Shown: piece by piece, positions 39,001 to 51,000 of the stretch
Layout: the number at the start of each line of letters is the position of its first letter
Numbering within the stretch: the first letter of the stretch is position 1
Origin: Octopus vulgaris
Taxonomy: Eukaryota
Reading direction: 5' to 3'
Assembly (NCBI GenBank): GCA_951406725.2
Contig: OX597826.1
Location: 64,480,001 to 64,544,000 of the forward strand
DNA length: 64,000 nt
Translations under genes and position numbers: made by a program
Notes under the pieces: model-generated
Told to the model about the DNA's origin: nothing
What the model saw: only the letters and a program-made list of their open reading frames with translations
Databases searched by the model: none

Positions 39001-40464
39001 AAGGCTTTGGTCAGCCCGAGGCCATAGCAGAAGACACTTGCCCAAGGTGCCACGCAGTGGGACTGAACCCGGAACCATGTGGTTGGTAAGCAAGCTACTG
39101 ACCACACAGCCACTCCTACGCCTATATATACAAAAATCCATACATATATACACAGTATAGACACAGATACCTACGAATAAATCAAGACACACATGCACAC
39201 TGATGAAAGCTCTGAGCAAAATTAAAGGGGGTGCTCATTTTACGAATGAAAAAGATTAGATCCACGCATACTTATAGATGTTTTAGAAAGTATATATATA
39301 TTACATATGTATATGTACATATGCTCAAGTGTGAGTCCGTCTGTTTGCGTGAATTTGTATGAAGAGATATGTCTGTCAACAACAGTGAGGGGGACGAAAC
39401 ATTTGAAAGACATTTTTGTTTTTATTTAAAACTAGCAGTATCGCCCGGCGTTGCTCGGGTTTGTAAGGGAAATAACTATATAAGCATTTTTAGAGAGTTA
39501 TAGCAAAAAAATGCATTAAAAATGGAAAAAAAATGGTAATTTTTTTTTTAAATCGTTGACTCATCGTAGACATTTTTAGAGAGTTACTTCCCTTATATAA
39601 TAGCGAAAAAATGCATTAAAATGGAAAAAAATGATGGTAAATTATTTTTAAAATCGTAGACGCGCGCTAATACCCAGAAGGGCTCGATATGAATCACGAC
39701 TATAAGATACCCGGTTTTGGTTAAACTGCACCGCAAAATGTGGGAGTAGTTAGGAATCTAAATCGTAGGAGACAGATACACAACTTGACTTTTATATATA
39801 AAGATTTGCTCACACCACCGCAGTGTTTAAAAATTTAGGATACTATAAAAAAAAAGTTGAAAGACCCCCGGGGACAAAAGAAAAATCGGAAGCAATTCTG
39901 ATTTATACGTCATAGCTATTTCGAAAGTTTGTCCAGCTGCCCATAACTTTGCTCACTTACAGCTGGGCAAAAGTGGAACGACTTATAGGATTTCGTAGTT
40001 TGTGTATTGAAAAATCCTTTAAGTGAAGGGTATCAATTACTGAACTGAAACTGAATAAATAAACGAGAGGAAAAAAAAAACAAAGGCGATCTTTCGTCTC
40101 TAGTAGACCTTTCCGTCGATTACACAACATACTGTCTGTCTCCCACACCCCATCAAACACACACACATACACACACATGTACATCAATGCTTCCTATGCA
40201 CGGTAACTTCAAAAGAACTTCCCTCGTCATACAATCGCCGCTTTCTCTTAGTCTCTTTCGCTCTCATTACTTCAAAAGTTCCCGCAAGCCCATATGTAAA
40301 AAAAAAAAATTTTTTTACGGAAATCGACGGAAAGGTCTACAAGAGACGAAAGATTGCCAAAACAAAACATTATAACTTACTTTGTGATCCGAAGGATCCA
40401 AGCATTGCAAAGCATTGCAAAAATCACTCGCAATTAAACCTGCCGAACAGATTCCCCACCGCAT
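30392..40464 (-). CDS. DHDH: DHDH-like paralog A: trans-1,2-dihydrobenzene-1,2-diol dehydrogenase / D-xylose 1-dehydrogenase (Gfo/Idh/MocA family), 7 coding exons, 329 aa
   Basis: Hand-spliced exons 40381-40464, 36673-36784, 35652-35815, 33603-33852, 31556-31680, 31178-31328, 30392-30495 (84+112+164+250+125+151+104=990 nt). All introns are GT-AG, phases are consistent, ATG to TAA with no internal stop. Motifs MRWGICSAGLIASDF (Rossmann fold), GKPVLCEKT, LGGGGILEIGVY, GTKG, NYPNSAGLAYQA. Confidence 0.93.
31178..31328 (-). CDS. DHDH: DHDH-A exon 6 (VCPPFWGANK...QCFEK)
   Basis: CAG acceptor, GTAAGT donor, 151 nt. Confidence 0.9.
31556..31680 (-). CDS. DHDH: DHDH-A exon 5 (VDQSANIILTY...GTKGKIY)
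   Basis: AAG acceptor, GTAAGT donor, 125 nt. Confidence 0.9.
31745..32003 (-). mobile_element. tRNA-derived SINE (family 4); second copy at ~32920-33173, related copy at 5652-5988
   Basis: Two near-identical copies in DHDH-A intron 4 with A/B boxes and a T-rich tail. Confidence 0.85.
33603..33852 (-). CDS. DHDH: DHDH-A exon 4 (GLWSNFFPAY...ILEIGVY...IADTG)
   Basis: CAG acceptor, GTAAGT donor, 250 nt. Confidence 0.92.
34606..35042 (-). mobile_element. 5'-truncated RTE-group LINE with (TGA)n tail and 11-bp TSD
   Basis: ORF 34614-34961 (RRVQFAGHCCR...AMMDHEVWR); TSD AGAAACCCTTT at 34595-34605 and 35043-35053. Confidence 0.85.
35652..35815 (-). CDS. DHDH: DHDH-A exon 3 (DLVYLST...GKPVLCEKTCG...FFME)
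   Basis: CAG acceptor, GTACGT donor, 164 nt. Confidence 0.92.
36166..36398 (-). mobile_element. SINE family 3 (Deu/Nin-domain-like); other copies at ~22090-22320(+), 22325-22540(-), 22695-22890(+), 24830-25030(-), 54870-55695(- x3), 59848-60028(+), 61097-61322(-)
   Basis: Shared core GCCTTTCATCCTTTCGGGGTCGATAAA..AGTACCAG; the 59848 copy has TSD AGTGGCCATAGCA. Confidence 0.85.
36673..36784 (-). CDS. DHDH: DHDH-A exon 2 (ITAVVSKSLEKAKK...DPNI)
   Basis: CAG acceptor, GTATGA donor, 112 nt. Confidence 0.92.
37270..38160 (+). mobile_element. hAT (Charlie/ZBED5-like) transposase relic, interrupted
   Basis: NFIK...NTRLLKLLC...HTEVCWLSR; FISRLNYLLGIFRALNHLNLSFQG; dimerisation motif YP...A...LLIF..TWECEQGF at about 38075-38155. 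Confidence 0.8.
38728..39123 (-). mobile_element. SINE family 1
   Basis: Full-length copy. Confidence 0.88.
39432..39804 (-). mobile_element. Non-autonomous Helitron
   Basis: Minus strand starts TC, ends CTAG, subterminal GC hairpin CCCGAGCAACGCCGGG, inserted between A and T. Confidence 0.85.
40091..40353. mobile_element. MITE with ~32-bp TIRs in DHDH-A intron 1; related inverted copy at ~40830-41120
   Basis: TCTTTCGTCTCTAGTAGACCTTTCCGTCGATT ... AATCGACGGAAAGGTCTACAAGAGACGAAAGA. Confidence 0.75.
40381..40464 (-). CDS. DHDH: DHDH-A exon 1 (MRWGICSAGLIASDFCNALQCLDPSDHK)
   Basis: ATG at 40464-40462, GTAAGT donor follows 40381. Confidence 0.9.
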
Positions 40465-40762
40465 TGTTGTATGGAGTTTTGCCAAATCAAATATTTGAAG
40501 GGGACAGAATTCGATATGATTGGTGTTCTATCTTTAGCTTCTAAGCCTTAGATATTCGACTGTATTTGTCAAACGAAGGTGCTAAAAAAGTACTGCAAGG
40601 TTAAAGCTATATATTTTTAACAGTGACTTAACAATAATATATAATATGTTATGTGTAGTTTCTTTCTACTGGGATAGACAACTCAATACGAAGCATAGAT
40701 ATTCTTCCACGTGTTTATTTACTTTTCGTAATACAGGAACTCGCACACTCAGCGCAGCGACA

Positions 40763-40772
40763 CCTATATATC
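40763..40772 (-). promoter_or_regulatory. Candidate TATA-like box of DHDH-A (GGATATATAG)
   Basis: TATA-like motif followed by a GC-richer stretch about 300 nt upstream of the ATG; inference only. Confidence 0.25.
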
Positions 40773-41118
40773 CTTCAGACACAGCGTAGTAATACTGTTT
40801 ACTTTAAAACACAGTTCCTACTGTTGGCAATCTTACGGTTCCGTCGATTTCCGTAAAAAACTTTTATTTTTTTACATTTGGGCTTGCGGGAACTTTTGAA
40901 GTAACGAGAGCGAAAGAGACTAAGAGAAAGCGATTGTATGACGAGGGAAGTTCTTTTGAAGTTACCGTGCATGGGAAGCATTGATGTACATGTGTGTGTG
41001 TGTGTGTTTGATGGGGTGTGGGAGACAGAAAGTATGTTGTGTAAGTGAAGTGCTTCTGTTAGTGTGTGTGAAGAGACAGAGAGAGTAATGTGTGAAAGAG
41101 AGAGATAACTGAATTTTT

Positions 41119-43218
41119 TTACTCGGTTTTTGTAGTGCGTGCGTGTGTATGCATGTATGTGTATATGTATACTCCAAAGAATTTGCACTCCTCTGCTTTT
41201 ACCACACATTTGGCTGCATTGAGTTTGATGCCTGCTTGTCGGGTTCTCTCCATAGCTTCATGTAAATTGAAGTCATGTGTGGTCTCATCCTTGCCATGCA
41301 CTTGGATGTCATCTGCTATCCCAACTGCTCCCTTGCAGCCTTGGTTGGTCTCATCTATTTGGCGCTGGAAAACATCTTGGCTCACCTTCAATCCAAATGG
41401 GAGTCGGTTGAATCGATATCTGCCAAATGGTGTGTTGAAAGTAGTGAGTATGGATGACTCTTCGTCTATCTTTATATTCCAGTACCCATTACTGGCATCC
41501 AGTTTGCTGAATAATTTGGACCCAGCCAATGATGGTGTGATTTCTTCAAGGGTTGGAATTGGATGGTACTCTCTTTTTAATGCTTTGTTCAGGTCCCTTG
41601 GGTCGAGGTATATCCGTAGGGTACCATTGGGTTTTTCCTTGATCACAATTGAATTTACCCAGTCTGTTGGTCGTGTCACTTTGGTGATTATTTCCTTTTT
41701 TTCCATTTTGTCCAACTCTGTCTTCAGCTTCTCTTTTAGTTCTAGAGGGACGCGGCGAGGTGGGTGAACAATTGGTCTGATATCGGGGTCGACTGTTATA
41801 TGGTATCGACTTTTCACAAAGCACCCGACTGTATCGTCAAAGCATTCTGGGTACATGCTTATCAATTCCTCTTTGTTTGTGATTGGTGGTCGGTCTTTGA
41901 TAGGCGTATCACAGTCAATCCTGCTCGGAGTTGCCTTCACTTCAGCATTGACCGACACAATATTTAACCTCCTGCAGGTATCGAGTCCAAGAATTGCTGG
42001 GCCTTCTGTTCTTGTGACATAAAATGTACACTTGATTGTTTTCCCTTTGTGTGTCCCCCTAATCGTTGTTTTCCCCAGTTGTGGAATCCTGGTACCTCCG
42101 TACGCAGTGAGGACCACATCACTTGGTGTGAGGATTCCTTTCGTGACCCTATCCTCTTCTGTCATATTTTCTGGGAACATCTTCTTGTATAAGCTGACAG
42201 GCAAGATATCACTCTGGGCCCCAGTGTCTATCTTCAGCCTTAAGTCAATGTTTATTCTTTTCCTTCTGGCCTTCTTTTGAATTCTTATTGTTGTGTATGC
42301 CTCATTTTCTTTCTCCCGGTCGTCCTTTCCCATCTCATGCACATTTATTGTGCCGACTGCCAAGAATTCCTCCTCCGAGGTGTTTTGTTCCTGTTGTTGT
42401 GCAAATATATCTCTTCTTCTATTTCCGCTCCTCTTTGAAAATTGGGGCTTGTATTTCTGGGATTTTGTCAACCTACACATTTTTTTCCAGTGGTTAAGTT
42501 TTCCACATGCTTTGCAGTGTGTACCGAATGCAGGACATTTTTTCCGGTTATTAAATTCATGCTCTGTACCACAGTACTGGCATGTTCTTTGTTTGCAGGT
42601 ATGTTTCATCCTGTGGCTAGATACAATATCTACACTGCTGCCAAATGAGCTTGTTTGTAAGGTAAGTGAGGCCATTTGTTTGGTAGTGGCTTCGAATGCT
42701 CTTGCAGTGTCTACTGCTTCTATCAACTGGAGAGTGTCTTTCCCTATGAGGGATTTTTGTACTTCTTTGTGGGCACACACCCATATTAATTGGTCAACAA
42801 TCCTCTCCTCCTCGTCTCTGAATTTGCATTTCTCTGCAACATTCTTCAGTCTTGACAGGAAATTGTCAATCGTCTCTTGTGGGTCTTGTTTCAGGCCCTG
42901 GAATTCGTATCTGTGAATTCTATGGTTCGACCTGGGTTCTAGGTGTCTTTCAAATTTCTCAAGAAGTGTGTCTGGGTTATTGCAATCCGCTTCTGACATG
43001 TCCCAGCTATTGAATAGGCTTAGACCTTTTTCGACCGTCCATAAAAGGATATAGCTCACTTTTTCTTCGTCTGTTATGCCTTTCAGGAAACTTTTGAAAA
43101 CTAGCTGAGTCTTCTGTTTAAATTTCTTAAACACTTCCACGATATCAATGGAGTCCCAGTTCATGGTTGGATGTAAATTCATCTGTTCACTAACAAATAG
43201 TGCCACACGTATACACAT
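41119..43218 (-). mobile_element. Ty3/Gypsy gag-protease-RT ORF, truncated at the end of RT
   Basis: 699-aa ORF: gag with CxxCG..H and CKACGKLNHWKKMC knuckles, protease DTGA, RT motifs PRRVP, LDPRDLNKAL, KLDASNGYW, RLPFGL, IADDI. Breaks into a (CA)n tract at about 41170; no RNase H or integrase. Confidence 0.92.
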
Positions 43219-44244
43219 AGATATGAATGTGTAACATAATAAATAAAAAAAATATCGTTTTTAACAATATTTCCCAAAGAATATGATATTGTTTTATTTG
43301 TATATCAAATAAAAATTGTAGCAAAACGAAAGATTCTTACCTTTTTATAGTTTCGGGTTTTGAATTATCTTTTGTGAATTGACTATTTTGAATAACCGTG
43401 TGCAGCAGGAAACAAATTGTATTGTTTGTATGATTTTAGTATATGTATTGCCTAAGTAATTCAATTTTGTTTGATTTTATATGATTTCTATTTTCTAAAT
43501 AATTTTAACAGTATGAATTAAAATATTCACCATGTTATTGTTATATTTTATACAGAAAATGGTATGAAAGAAAGGCCAGTTGCACATTCGGCACTAAATC
43601 AGCAGGAGTTCTTGCATCGCTCTCTGTTTCGATTTGGTAGTGAAATGATATGCTCTCGATTTTTTTTTAATATAAAATATCTCCGTAATTGATAAACTGG
43701 AAGATTTCTCCTGCTGTATTTCCATAATTCAAACAATGAAAATTTGCATTGATTATATGGTTTTTGATTTAGGTACACAACCAGAAATTTTATTAGGAGG
43801 GGATTAGTCATTGCCACTGATCCTAGTACTTTACTGACACCACTTTATTTCACCATTGACCCTGGTAGGATTTGAAACCAGGGCATAAAGAACTAGAATA
43901 TTGCACAACATCTTGTCCGGCACCCATCCTCACTACCCAGAAATATGCCAGTGAATATATAAAAATATATACACATGCACGCTGATATTCATCTTCAAGT
44001 TCCCTTTACTGGTGCAGCTAGTCGTTGGGGTGTCACCGAAAATGCTTTTGCAGTCAGCCGTGATCACTGGTCTGTGTCCTCTGTTATGGCTAGTGGGTTT
44101 GTAGTGTTGTGGCTGTGTAAAAACTAACACTTTTTTCCAAGCTGAGATTCGAAACCGAACGTAAGGATTCTCACTTGTCTGATCCAACGGGTGTGAAAGA
44201 AATTTCTTTGTCCTGTCAAAAAGTGATGGATGGATTTCTCTTCA

Positions 44245-44584
44245 ACCTACCACCTGAACCATGTCATTTAAGGCTCAAGTGGACAGGAGGCGACCTACAT
44301 AGGTAGAAATTACTCCTGTGGTATGTCTGTCCTTCAAACTGTCATGACCATTATAAATACAGTCACACAATCCATCAAGGGACTGCAGATAGCCATTACC
44401 AGGCGAACTCTCTAGAGACAAGCAGACAGCCAGCAAGTAACTTGCACCAGTCAAGCAACCAACATAGAACCACATATTCAGCATGAACAACACAACACAG
44501 TAGCAGTTGCAGAACATAAACAGACATGACCGAATGACCAATGCACACACAGACACTAAACATGCCCAGTTCTACCTCGTCACA
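44245..44584 (-). mobile_element. Candidate 5' LTR (TG...CA, 44584-44262) and primer-binding site of the Gypsy element
   Basis: Minus strand TGTGACG...AATGACA followed directly by TGGTTCAGGTGG (PBS-like); no second LTR in the window to confirm. Confidence 0.45.
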
Positions 44585-44749
44585 TTGACACAGTATTTCT
44601 CCTGTTAAATTTTTACTTCGCCAACTCGAAGCAAGTTGGTAATGTCATGTAGTGAATTTTCTGGTATATACAACACATAAATGCAAGTGTTGATTAAATA
44701 AATTATTTAAACCACAATCAAATGCTTTACCATTGTTTTACTTTGATAT

Positions 44750-47515
44750 CATCCACATACCTATTTCCCCTGCTACCTCAATGACATCTTTTGCTACACC
44801 ATCCTGCTACAACCTGTCCAGTCCTTCATGTCAGATCAAGATTTTCTTTGCCTCTTTTTTGCCCTCCCTTAACTTTGCCCTGAAAGATTATTTTCAACAA
44901 TGAGTTGTAGCAGAGTACGTTGTCATATCAGGCATGCTTTGGTCTTTTTACCTGCACAAGGAATGGTTCTTGTCTGTCTGTGTATTTGATAACTTGCAAT
45001 TTGACAAAGCTGTTTGTTTTGTGCTCTTTGTATGGAATGCATAGCAGCCTTCTGAAGCACTTGTACTCAAATGCCTGGAGAATCCAGGCATTTTCATTGT
45101 TTGAGCACAAATCCCCTGTCAGCTGATAAACTGGAAGATTTCTCCTGCTGTAATAGATGGCTTATTTCCCTGTTTGAAACAATGAAAAACTGCACTGGTT
45201 ATATGGTTTTTGATTTGGTAGTGAAATGATTATATCCTCTTGATTTTTTTTTTCTTATATAAAATATCTCCGTTATAATACCCACAGAAAACAATTGAAG
45301 TTACCAGACGCTTGTACATTTTGAATCTTGCTGGAAAACTAATGGAGTTGCTTTCCCATATGGCGTTCTCCTTTTTCATGGCTGCAGAGGGCAAACTGAG
45401 TCTTATTATTATTTTTTGAGATCTGTCATCCTTGGTCAAAGTGGATCCTGGGTACTTGAAGGTGTCCACTTCATCAAGTGTCTCTCTCTGTTCAGCATGA
45501 TGGTTGCTGTGTTCTGGTTGTTACTACTACTAACCAAGATCTTTTTCTGGGCTGATTTCCATCCTGTGTGCTCCTCATATTATTCCAAGTCTGTTGGTGA
45601 GTTCCTGGAGTCCTGCTTCACTGCTTCCTAACAGTTTGATATTGTTATCGAAGATGATGGGCCATCGTCCACTGGAGACAGAGGGGTGGAAGTCTTGGAG
45701 TATCTCCTGCATGGTATTCTCTAGGAAGATGTAAACCACTGGAGAGAGGATACATCTTTGTCAAACACCCACTCTTGTGATGAAGAACTCTCTGATGTTA
45801 TTGTTCAGAAGTGCACTGTTTGAGTTTTCATACAGTGCTTGGATTATTTTGATGAAGTTGTTGAAGTTGTAATCTTTCATCACCTACCACAACAGATCAT
45901 GCCAAACTTGGTCAAAGGTCTTTTTGAAGTCAATGAAGTTGTGACAGAGGTCAGATTGGTGCTGCAGACATTTCTCATGTTAAATATCTGCTCCACAGGA
46001 CTCCTTCTGGGCCTACAAGGATTTCTTCTGTCTTCCCCTTAAGTCTATTTAGCAGAACTCTTAGAAATACTTTGCTAGGGTAGCTAATTAGGCTGATTAT
46101 TCTATAATTCTGGCAGAGTCTTAAGTTGCCTTTCTTGGGAATGGGTATCACCTGTGATTGGACCCATTCCTTTGGTCACTGCTTCATCTCCCATATCTTC
46201 TGTTTGTGCTTTGATAAACTTTGGTCATTCATGTTTTAGGTGCTCTGATGCAATGTTATCCACTTGTGGGAATTTTCTAGCTTTGAGCATGTGCACTACC
46301 TCTTTGTCTTTCTCCAAGAGAACTGGATTATCTCCAAGTTCTCTATTGTTGTGAAAGTTGATTTTCATGCCTGAATTTGTGATTGTAAAGTTCTTTGCGA
46401 TACTAGGACTGTCTTTAGATGACATCAAGCTCATATGTGAGAAGTAGGCCTGTATTGTCCTCAATTATAGAGATGGTGTGTTTCTTCGTTTTTGTTAGAA
46501 TTTTGATAGTTTCATAAGCAACCTTACTATTGCCCTTCTTTATCTCAGCTTCAAGGATTTTTGCACTGGTCTACTATCCATTTCTCTTTGGCTTCCCTCA
46601 TTTTCTTCCTAACCTTCTAATTCACATTGTTGTATTGCTGATCCATTAGGTTGGTCTTCCTCAGGTCATCTCTTAAGTCACACAGGTTCAAGATGTCACA
46701 GTGACCCATAGTTTCTTTTTACACCTTCTTCTCCCCAGAACTTTTAGAGTCAGTTCATTAAGTGCTTTTCTAATGTCATCGGTCAGGGTGTTGATACTGT
46801 CTTCTAGAAGGTTAAGGACTGCACTTTTACCTCAAATTCCTCTGTGACCTAGGGCTCTTGCAATTTGTCTGTGTCAAACCTAAAATGCATGGCTCTTTTC
46901 TTATGTATGAGTCCTTTTCAGTTTGAGCTTCATTATCATGAGGACCAAATCCTGATCACTGTTGACATCTGCAGGGAAAGTCCTAGTCCTAGCCTTACTG
47001 ATGCTGGATTTGAACTTTTGAGTTGCAAGGATGAAGTCACTTTGGCTGTGAGTCCTGTCACAAGGTGTCATGTTCTGCATGAGGTCTTGTATGGGAACAG
47101 TGTGTTGACTACAGTCAGCTTGTGAGTGCTAGCAAATTCTAGGAGTCATAGTCCCACTATCCCAGTCCATTGGTCATATGCATCCAGGCCTACCTTGGCA
47201 TTCCAGTCTCCTAGGATGATAGGGAATGTCTTTTTTTGAGAGCTGCCCTGATGGTTTTCTCCAGCTGCTCATAGAACTTGTCAACAGTATCATCATAATA
47301 TTTAAGTGTTGGCGCATAGACTTGTGTGATGGTAATATTCTGTGGTGATGGGTCTGATGGATACTGGAGAAACAGCTGATGACTGATCTCAATCTGAGAT
47401 TGTTTAATGTTGAAGCCCATTCCATGTTTGTACTTGGTATCATCTTCACTGTACCACAATTTCTGGTCTTAATTTGTTGCTTTGCCAAATCCAGTCTACC
47501 TGACTTCAGCCAGGT
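44750..47515 (-). mobile_element. Decayed near-full-length RTE-clade LINE (endonuclease plus RT)
   Basis: Fragments: NITITQVYAPT...VDKFYEQLE (APE endonuclease); IDFKKTFD and GCILSP-like RT motifs; FKYPGS; IQAFEYKCFRRLLCIPYKEHKTN C-terminus. Many stops and frameshifts. Confidence 0.85.
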
Positions 47516-47987
47516 ATATACATACATACATGCACAAAACAGCTTTTCACACAGTTTACATCTACCAAATTCACTTTCAAATCATCGGGTGGCATCAGGA
47601 CCAGTTCAAGGTACTGGCAACTTAGGAAATTTCCACGACTGTCAGCTTGTACACACTGAAGTTCAGCTTGCCCGGGGTACCAGCAACCCTAGGGCCAGCC
47701 CTTGTTGGCATCAGACTGTACAGTGGGATTGAATCTGAAACCACATGGTTGCAAACTGAGCTTTCCAACCACACATCCAAATTTTAAAAAAATACAGTGA
47801 CTAAATAACACAATGCAAAAAATCTCTCATTCAATGTTTATTTCTTTCAAAGATGACAATGAATTTTTAAAGCTTTTCAAGTAAGGCTCTTACTTGAAAG
47901 TGTTGCCAAAGCTTTTCAAACTGTTTCAAAAGCTTTTTGCAAATCTTCAATGATATTATCCTCCATTTTTGCCTCTATGCCAGAAGT

Positions 47988-48091
47988 TTAAGTCTTCTGA
48001 TGCTTCTCTTCAATTTGTCGTCGGGCCTCATCGATTATATTTATAATCGACAAAGTATCAGCATGAGTGTGGCCAGGACATTCAAGTTGAC
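47988..48091 (-). CDS. DHDH: DHDH-B exon 7
   Basis: AAG acceptor, GQLECPGH...ARRQIEEKHQKT*, TAA at 47990-47988. Confidence 0.9.
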
Positions 48092-51000
48092 CTTTTAGAA
48101 AATGAAAAGAGAAATTGTAATGGAAAAAATATTAAAACAAAAATTTAGAAATTAAAAAAAAAAATCAAGATAGGCGCAGGAGTGGCTGTGTGGTAAGTAG
48201 CTTGCTTACCAACCACATGGTTCAGGTTCAGTCCCACTGCATGGCACTTTGGGCAAGTGTCTTCTGCTATAGCCTCGGGCCGACCAATGCCTTGTGAGTG
48301 GATTTGGTAGATGGAAACTGAAAGAAGCCTGTCGTATATATGTATATATATATATATGTGTGTGTGAGTGTTTGTGTGTGTGTGTGCATGTTTGTGTGTC
48401 TGTGTTTGTCCCCCTAGTATTGCTTGACAACTGCTGCTGGTGTGTTTATGTCCCCGTTACTTAGCGGTTCGGCAAAAGAGACCGATAGAATAAGTACCGG
48501 GCTTACAAAAGAATAAGTCCCGGGGGTCGAGTTGCTCAATTAAAGGCGGTGCTCCAGCATGGCCACAGTCAAATGACTGAAACAAGTAAAAGAGTAAAGA
48601 GTATATTAAAATATAGAATTATTTATCATCATTTTATTGCTCACTTTTCTATTCTTTCATTCATTCTTTCCTTTTCTTTTATTCTTTAAGTGGTTTCAGC
48701 TGTTGGACTCTGGCCCTGCTGGAGCATTGTCTTAATTTATTTTCTTACAGTTTTGTTGCCACTTTATGGCCAGAAGTTGGTCTATGGTTGAGTTTGTAGC
48801 AGCTGATATTCCTTGGGTATATTCTTGCTTGAATGGTTGGCTGGGCTGGTATCATTGTTAGAGGTTTACCAAATTTTGGGTTTTTAATGTTTCTGCAGAA
48901 GTCCCTTTTATATATATGATTTCTTTAGGTATATGGGAAGAGATTATTGAGGCAAATTTTCTGAAGTTGGATGCCTTTCCTGTCACTAAACCTCACCTGT
49001 TGCCATGTAATATTTCCTCATGGCCAAACATTTTTTTGCTGAATACTGGAAGTGAGTGACACTATTTGTATGACTTGTATGACAGTGATACTCATTCACA
49101 GCTATCACATGGTATCAATATACACACACTCATGATGGGCTTCTTTCAATTTCTGTCTACCAAATACACACATGTGGAGGTGCAATAGTCCAGTGGTTAG
49201 GGCAGTGGACTCGCGGTCAGAGGATCGCAGTTTCGATTCCCGGACCAGGCGTTGTGTGTTTTTTGAGCGAAAACACCTAAAGCTCCACAAGGCCCTGGCA
49301 GGGGGTGGTGGCAACCTCAGTTGTACTCTTTTGCTCCAACTTTCTCTCACTCTTTCTTTAGGAGAGGAAGGAAGAGTCTTGAAGATGACCCAAGGTCTGA
49401 ATGTCCTGCAACTTCCACCATCAAGGAAAACATTGATCATCTTCACTTCGTGATGATGGATGACAGGCGATTGACTAATAACCAATGCTATTAGCATATC
49501 TCATGAGAGAGTACTATAGTGAATTGACTTCCGGTGTCTATGAAGATTAATATTCTATTTCAATAAGAAAGCAGATTCTAGAAATAGCAGCTAAAGCCAC
49601 CCTCCCTCGTATCACACCATCTTTCTCCTATCTTCCGACATGTGTAATGAAGGATGGCATCAAACTGGATCTGCTCATGACAGCTAATAAGGAGCAATAT
49701 AGCAACAACAGGTTTGCATCACTATGTACATCTACATACATCTCATATAAGTATTAAAAGTAGTAATACCAGTAACATGAGAAGCACCAGAATAGGAGTC
49801 ACAGTAATAATATCAGTGGTAGTAGTGGTAGTGTGGAGGCGCAATGGCCCAGTGGTTAGGGCAGCGGACTCGCGGTCGTAGGATCGCAGTTTCGATTTCC
49901 AGACCGGGCGTTGTGAGTGTTTATTGAGCGAAAACACCTAAAGCTCCACGAGGCTTCGGCAGGGATGGTGGTGATCCCTGCTGTACTCTTTCACCACAAC
50001 TTTCTCTCACTCTTACTTCCTGTTTCTGTTGTACCTGTATTTCAAAGGGCCGGCATTGTCACTCTCTGTGTCACGCTGAATATCCCCGAGAACTACGTTA
50101 AGGGTACACGTGTCTGTGGAGTGCTCAGCCACTTACATGTTAATTTCACGAGCAGGCTGTTCCGTTGATCGGATCAACCGGAACCCTCGTCGTCGCAACT
50201 GACGGAGTGCTTCCACCACAGTAGTGGTAGTGGCCTCAGTAGTTATCAAAATATAAGATAATGGTAATCCATTTACATGAAAGCATTCTTATTATAAAGA
50301 TGATATAAGTTATCAAAGGCTTACCCTTCTCTAAACATTTGCGGACGCATTCGGCCTCATAAGATAACCCATTGCTATTGGGGTAATTAAACTGTGCTTC
50401 AGATTTGGGAAGTGGAAATTCTCTTTCTTCTCCATTTACCTCAATTTTGGTGGTACACCAAATTGGTGAATGTATCTGTTAAAATAGGAACATACAATAA
50501 ATACATAAAAGTATTTTAGTTTAATTTTCCTGACTATTTATGTTATAACTGTTGGAGCTGGTAGAATAGATTAATCAATAAATGGCATGTCATAAATTCT
50601 AAATTGATTAAGTTTAAATTTCAGATTAAGTAATTATGAATTTAATTTTCAAATATCTTTATCTTTAAATGAAATTATTACTTACATAAATCTTGCCTTT
50701 AGTTCCATAGATATATGCATCAGTTCTTCCATTCAAAGTAGCATCAATGGACAAAGAGGCTCTGGCACCGTCCTTATAAGTCAGAATAATATTGGCAGAC
50801 TGGTCAACACCTTTTCCAAATGAAACAACATTATTTCTTTTTTTTTTATTTTTCATTATTACACATAAATGCAACCATGACATACAAATCATTACATTCT
50901 GGAATTTATAATGAATATTGACATCATTGGGAGCCAGCGGCTGCACCAAGCTCCAATCTGATCTGGCAATGTTTCTGCAGCTGGATGCCCTTCCTAATGC

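Noticed and set aside
41135-42916. Plus-strand ORFs of 210 and 207 aa
   Set aside because: Antisense shadows of the Gypsy ORF with no recognisable motifs.
49832-49910. tRNA-like sequences (also at 10474, 18603, 23561, 49173)
   Set aside because: They are SINE heads continuing into shared bodies with TSDs, not stand-alone tRNA genes.
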